DNA of 64,000 nucleotides from NCBI RefSeq assembly GCF_053078305.1, contig NZ_CP166879.1; one strand, 5' to 3'. Shown piece by piece: positions 59,204 to 64,000 of this stretch (position 1 is its first letter; each line of letters starts with the position of its first letter). The notes under the pieces were generated by a model. It saw only the letters and a program-made list of their open reading frames with translations, ran no database searches and was not told where the DNA came from. The position numbers and the translations under genes were made by a program.

Positions 59204-59557
59204 ATGCAAAAAATCGTGATCGTTGCCAATGGCGCACCTTACGGGAGCGAATCCTTGTTTAACAGCTTGCGGCTGGCCATTGCGTTACGAGAGCAGGAGA
59301 GCAATCTGGATCTGCGTCTGTTCCTGATGTCTGATGCGGTCACAGCCGGGTTGCGCGGGCAAAAACCAGGGGAAGGCTACAACATTCAGCAAATGCTGGA
59401 GATCCTTACCGCTCAGAATGTACCGGTGAAATTGTGCAAAACCTGTACCGACGGGCGCGGGATTAGTACACTTCCTCTGATTGATGGGGTGGAAATCGGT
59501 ACTCTTGTGGAACTGGCGCAATGGACGCTGTCAGCCGATAAAGTGCTCACATTTTAA
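59204..59557 (+). CDS. ychN: DsrE/DsrF-like protein YchN
   Basis: 117 aa. Confidence 0.9.
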   Translation: MQKIVIVANGAPYGSESLFNSLRLAIALREQESNLDLRLFLMSDAVTAGLRGQKPGEGYNIQQMLEILTAQNVPVKLCKTCTDGRGISTLPLIDGVEIGTLVELAQWTLSADKVLTF

Positions 59558-59600
59558 TGTTTGAGGGGGCGTCTGACGCCCCACGATGAGGGAAGTTTAC

Positions 59601-60296
59601 TCAGGCGAATCCCGGCCGCAACACACCATCCGGATAATTCTCCGCCAGCAGTTTTTTTACCGATACCAGCAAATCATTCAGCCCATCATCCTGCATTCCC
59701 AGTTTGATAAGCTCCTGTTCCAGTGAAAACAGGTATTGTGCGTTGGTTCCCAGCGGACCGCTCGCCGCCGCAATCAACGGCGCGATGACCTGAGCGCGAG
59801 TGTCAGATTCATATTCTGGATGTCGCGGGTCCATAATAAACACAATGGCGTTTACTGTGCGTCCATCATCAAGATCAAGCTGACACCAGGTTGGCAGATA
59901 ACAGCCGGTAATCATCTCGCGCTTCCACAACAGGGTTAGTTCCTGCTCCAGCGTCTCTTCTGGCAGTCGATAGGCGACGCCTGTGGTGCGTCCGCCCTCT
60001 TTCAGTGCAAGCATCCGTCCCGGCTGGAGCGCAGTCCCGCGCCCGGCGGTCAGACGCAGGCAAAACGCACGATGCCATCCAACCAGTGTACCGGTGCACG
60101 ACTCGGTAAACTCCAGTGCCGGATTCCACATCAACGATCCATAACCGAAGATCCACACTGGTCCCTCATCAGGTCGACAAGCCAGCGTCGCCGCCAGCGA
60201 AGCCGCCCGTTGTTCTGCTGACCATAAGAGTGATTCTTCAATGGCACCAAATGCCGTTTTACAATCGGCATTCATCAAGAAATCACGCGTTATCAC
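59601..60296 (-). CDS. chaC: Glutathione-specific gamma-glutamylcyclotransferase ChaC
   Basis: 231 aa from GTG start (M)ITRDFLMNADCK. Confidence 0.85.
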   Translation of the reverse strand: MITRDFLMNADCKTAFGAIEESLLWSAEQRAASLAATLACRPDEGPVWIFGYGSLMWNPALEFTESCTGTLVGWHRAFCLRLTAGRGTALQPGRMLALKEGGRTTGVAYRLPEETLEQELTLLWKREMITGCYLPTWCQLDLDDGRTVNAIVFIMDPRHPEYESDTRAQVIAPLIAAASGPLGTNAQYLFSLEQELIKLGMQDDGLNDLLVSVKKLLAENYPDGVLRPGFA

Positions 60297-60453
60297 CTTA
60301 CACCTCCGCCACTGCATGCTTCCCTGCGACAACTTTTTGGTGTCTTCCGGACATTTTTACTGCTCATTTTGAAACCACTAACGGGACAATATGCAATCCG
60401 CGGACCACTTGCAAGGCAACACCGCACGAATAGCTTTAACTAAGCTACCGGTT

Positions 60454-60684
60454 TTACGATTTTTTATGCCATTTATCATCATCCCCTTTGGCATATTCAT
60501 GCTTCACAGCAGCCCAGGCCACTTTATGCGCGGTTTCTTCGCGACTGGCGTCATCACGCCGATCTTCTTTATCTTTATATTGATCCCATGCGCTGTTGAA
60601 CGCTTCTTTATAGATATCCTGGGCATGAGACGGTAGAACGTGCTTTACGCTTTCCGGCAGGTCGCTTTTCGTTTTATACGGCAT
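60454..60684 (-). CDS. chaB: Cation transport regulator ChaB
   Basis: 76 aa. Confidence 0.9.
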   Translation of the reverse strand: MPYKTKSDLPESVKHVLPSHAQDIYKEAFNSAWDQYKDKEDRRDDASREETAHKVAWAAVKHEYAKGDDDKWHKKS

Positions 60685-60953
60685 CGTTGACTCCTTTTAC
60701 AAAGTTGAACATTAAGTGTGGTCAACAATATCTACTCTTGCCAAAACATAAGAATTTTCATGTCAGACTGTTCTTAAGAAACGCTAAAACAAACATTGTC
60801 TAAACGTATTACTTATTTTTATGCCCCAATGAGTAAAAAATCGACAACGGGGTAAAAATTCGTAAAATGTTACCGATATCCAGACACTTTCTGTTATTTT
60901 TCCTACCTATTTTTTACATTTTCGATAAATTCATCTGCAAAGGGATAACCATA

Positions 60954-62054
60954 ATGTCAAATGCTCAAGAGGCGGTAAAAACCCGCCACAAGGAGACTTC
61001 GCTTATTTTCCCGGTTCTGGCGCTGGTAGTGCTGTTCCTGTGGGGAAGCAGCCAGACACTACCAGTGGTCATTGCCATCAATCTTCTTGCGCTTATTGGT
61101 ATTTTAAGTAGCGCCTTTAGTGTTGTCCGTCATGCGGACGTATTAGCCCATCGCCTGGGAGAACCTTACGGTTCGCTTATTCTTAGCCTTTCAGTGGTTA
61201 TTCTTGAAGTTAGTTTGATTTCAGCTTTAATGGCAACCGGCGACGCCGCGCCAACGCTAATGCGTGATACGCTCTATTCGATCATTATGATTGTTACCGG
61301 TGGGCTGGTCGGCTTTTCATTATTGTTGGGGGGTCGTAAGTTTGCCACCCAATATATGAATCTGTTTGGTATTAAGCAGTATTTAATTGCGCTGTTCCCT
61401 CTGGCGATAATCGTACTGGTATTTCCAATGGCTCTGCCTGCGGCGAATTTTTCAACCGGTCAGGCGTTACTGGTAGCATTAATTTCTGCGGCAATGTATG
61501 GCGTATTTTTGCTGATCCAGACCAAAACGCATCAAAGTTTGTTTGTCTACGAGCACGAAGATGACAGTGATGATGACGACCCGCATCACGGTAAACCGTC
61601 TGCCCATAGCAGCCTGTGGCATGCTATCTGGTTGATTATCCATCTGATTGCCGTTATTGCGGTGACCAAAATGAACGCCAGCTCGCTGGAGACTTTGCTC
61701 GACAGCATGAATGCCCCTGTCGCCTTTACTGGCTTCCTGGTGGCACTGTTGATTCTGTCGCCGGAAGGTTTAGGTGCATTAAAAGCAGTGTTGAACAACC
61801 AGGTCCAGCGCGCGATGAATCTGTTCTTTGGTTCAGTGTTAGCAACAATTTCGCTTACCGTACCTGTCGTCACGCTAATTGCATTTATGACGGGTAACGA
61901 ATTGCAGTTTGCACTTGGTGCGCCAGAAATGGTGGTGATGGTGGCCTCTTTAGTGCTGTGCCATATCTCCTTCTCCACCGGACGTACTAACGTGCTCAAT
62001 GGCGCAGCGCATCTGGCACTGTTTGCCGCCTATTTGATGACGATATTTGCCTGA
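60954..62054 (+). CDS. chaA: Na+(K+)/H+ and Ca2+/H+ antiporter ChaA
   Basis: 366 aa from MSNAQEAVKTRHKETS. Confidence 0.95.
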   Translation: MSNAQEAVKTRHKETSLIFPVLALVVLFLWGSSQTLPVVIAINLLALIGILSSAFSVVRHADVLAHRLGEPYGSLILSLSVVILEVSLISALMATGDAAPTLMRDTLYSIIMIVTGGLVGFSLLLGGRKFATQYMNLFGIKQYLIALFPLAIIVLVFPMALPAANFSTGQALLVALISAAMYGVFLLIQTKTHQSLFVYEHEDDSDDDDPHHGKPSAHSSLWHAIWLIIHLIAVIAVTKMNASSLETLLDSMNAPVAFTGFLVALLILSPEGLGALKAVLNNQVQRAMNLFFGSVLATISLTVPVVTLIAFMTGNELQFALGAPEMVVMVASLVLCHISFSTGRTNVLNGAAHLALFAAYLMTIFA

Positions 62055-62185
62055 CAGTTATATCTCCTCCGATGACGGAAATCGGGGGAGATAATATAAA
62101 TTCCTGCTTATTGTATTTCTTCATACTACCTGGACAGGTCGTTAATCAGAATTGCGAGCCTGTACCACAACCTGCACGAAACCAC

Positions 62186-62655
62186 TGCAACAGCTGTTGA
62201 AAAGCCGGAATGTACTCTTTATTGCAAACATTTCAGGGATGAAGTGAAGATGAATTGAGACGTAGTATCCACACCAAGCCGGCGTTATCCGGTGAGGCGC
62301 AATGTTGCGGGGGCTTTATCCCTGGTGGCATTGGTTGCTGGAAAGAGAAAACCCCCGCACGTTGAGAGGTAAAACCTGACAACAAAACGGGGGCTAATCT
62401 TGAAACCAGACACTTCAAGAATAGCCGCAAAATGTTGTCATTACAACAAGGCGGCTATATGACGCTCGCGCAGTTTGCCATGACTTTCTGGCACGACCTG
62501 GCGGCACCGATCCTGGCGGGAATTATTACCGCAGCGATTGTCGGCTGGTGGCGTAACCGGAAGTAAGGTGAAAACGGGCGTCAGGCTGCCGTGATGGCAA
62601 TATGCGCCCGAAACCGGCCGCAGGGGTAACAACCTGCGGCCATTTTTGTCTTTAT
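62186..62655. repeat. LDR (long direct repeat) copy 1, type I toxin-antitoxin locus ldr/rdl
   Basis: About 470-bp unit, near-identical to 62715..63190; contains the Ldr ORF and a terminator hairpin. Confidence 0.8.
62459..62566 (+). CDS. ldr: Ldr small toxic peptide (35 aa), copy 1
   Basis: MTLAQFAMTFWHDLAAPILAGIITAAIVGWWRNRK by manual translation; below ORF-track cutoff. Confidence 0.85.
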   Translation: MTLAQFAMTFWHDLAAPILAGIITAAIVGWWRNRK

Positions 62656-62714
62656 CACTTCCACAAGTAAATATTGGCAACCCGAGCTGGAAGCATCATC
62701 CAGAGCACTCATGA

Positions 62715-63190
62715 AACGACTGTTACAGCTGTTGAAAAACCGGAATGCACTCTTCATTGCAAACATTTCAGGGATGAAGTGAAGATGAATTGAGTCGTAG
62801 TTTCCACACCAAGCCGGCGTTATCCGGTGAGGCGCAATGTTGCGGGGGCTTTATCCCTGGTGGCATTGGTTGCTGGAAAGAGAAAACCCCCGCACGTTGA
62901 GAGGTAAAACCTGACAACAGAACGGGGGCTAATCTTGAACCATCAACAATTCAAGAATAGCCGCAAAATGTTGTCATTACAACAAGGCGGCTATATGACG
63001 CTCGCGCAGTTTGCCATGATTTTCTGGCACGACCTGGCAGCACCGATCCTGGCGGGAATTATTACCGCAGCGATTGTCGGCTGGTGGCGTAACCGGAAGT
63101 AAGGCGAAAACGGGCGTCAGGCTGCCGTGATGGCAATATGCGCCCGAAACCGGCCGCAGGGTAACAGCCTGCGGCCTTTTTTGTATCCGG
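62715..63190. repeat. LDR copy 2, type I toxin-antitoxin locus ldr/rdl
   Basis: Second tandem unit, a few substitutions relative to copy 1. Confidence 0.8.
62995..63102 (+). CDS. ldr: Ldr small toxic peptide (35 aa), copy 2
   Basis: MTLAQFAMIFWHDLAAPILAGIITAAIVGWWRNRK (T9I relative to copy 1). Confidence 0.85.
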   Translation: MTLAQFAMIFWHDLAAPILAGIITAAIVGWWRNRK

Positions 63191-63249
63191 CACCCATGAA
63201 AAAAGTCTTAACGCAGAACGCTAAGACTTTATTTTTCAAGCAAAAAAGA

Positions 63250-64000
<751 letters not shown>

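Overview
This window is an Escherichia coli-type chromosome segment, reversed relative to the usual K-12 map. Positions 1 to about 9761 are the right arm of a Mu-like prophage that abuts and truncates yciQ. It carries baseplate genes, a tail fibre with a Gin/Pin-type invertible host-range segment, the invertase, a NanS-like sialate O-acetylesterase moron, four small unassigned ORFs, an overlapping com/mom-like pair behind a dense GATC cluster, and terminal repeats. The rest is conserved core: yciO, trpH, trp promoter/leader/attenuator, trpEDCBA, yciG/F/E, ompW, yciC/B/A, tonB, yciI, kch, cls, yciU, oppFDCBA, ychE, adhE, tdk, hns, galU, rssB/A, ychJ, purU, tRNA-Tyr, narIJHG, narK, narXL, ychO, ychN, chaC/B/A, two LDR (ldr/rdl) repeats and the 3' part of kdsA. 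Deviations visible in the core are an in-frame TAA at codon 18 of yciF, a +1 frameshift splitting kch, a single tRNA-Tyr gene where K-12 has a tandem pair, and two rather than three LDR copies. I found no CRISPR array, IS element or integrase. The best candidates for something undescribed are the small-ORF islet and the com/mom-like module at the prophage end; neither can be assigned a function from sequence alone. All homology statements are from memory of reference proteins, not from a database search.
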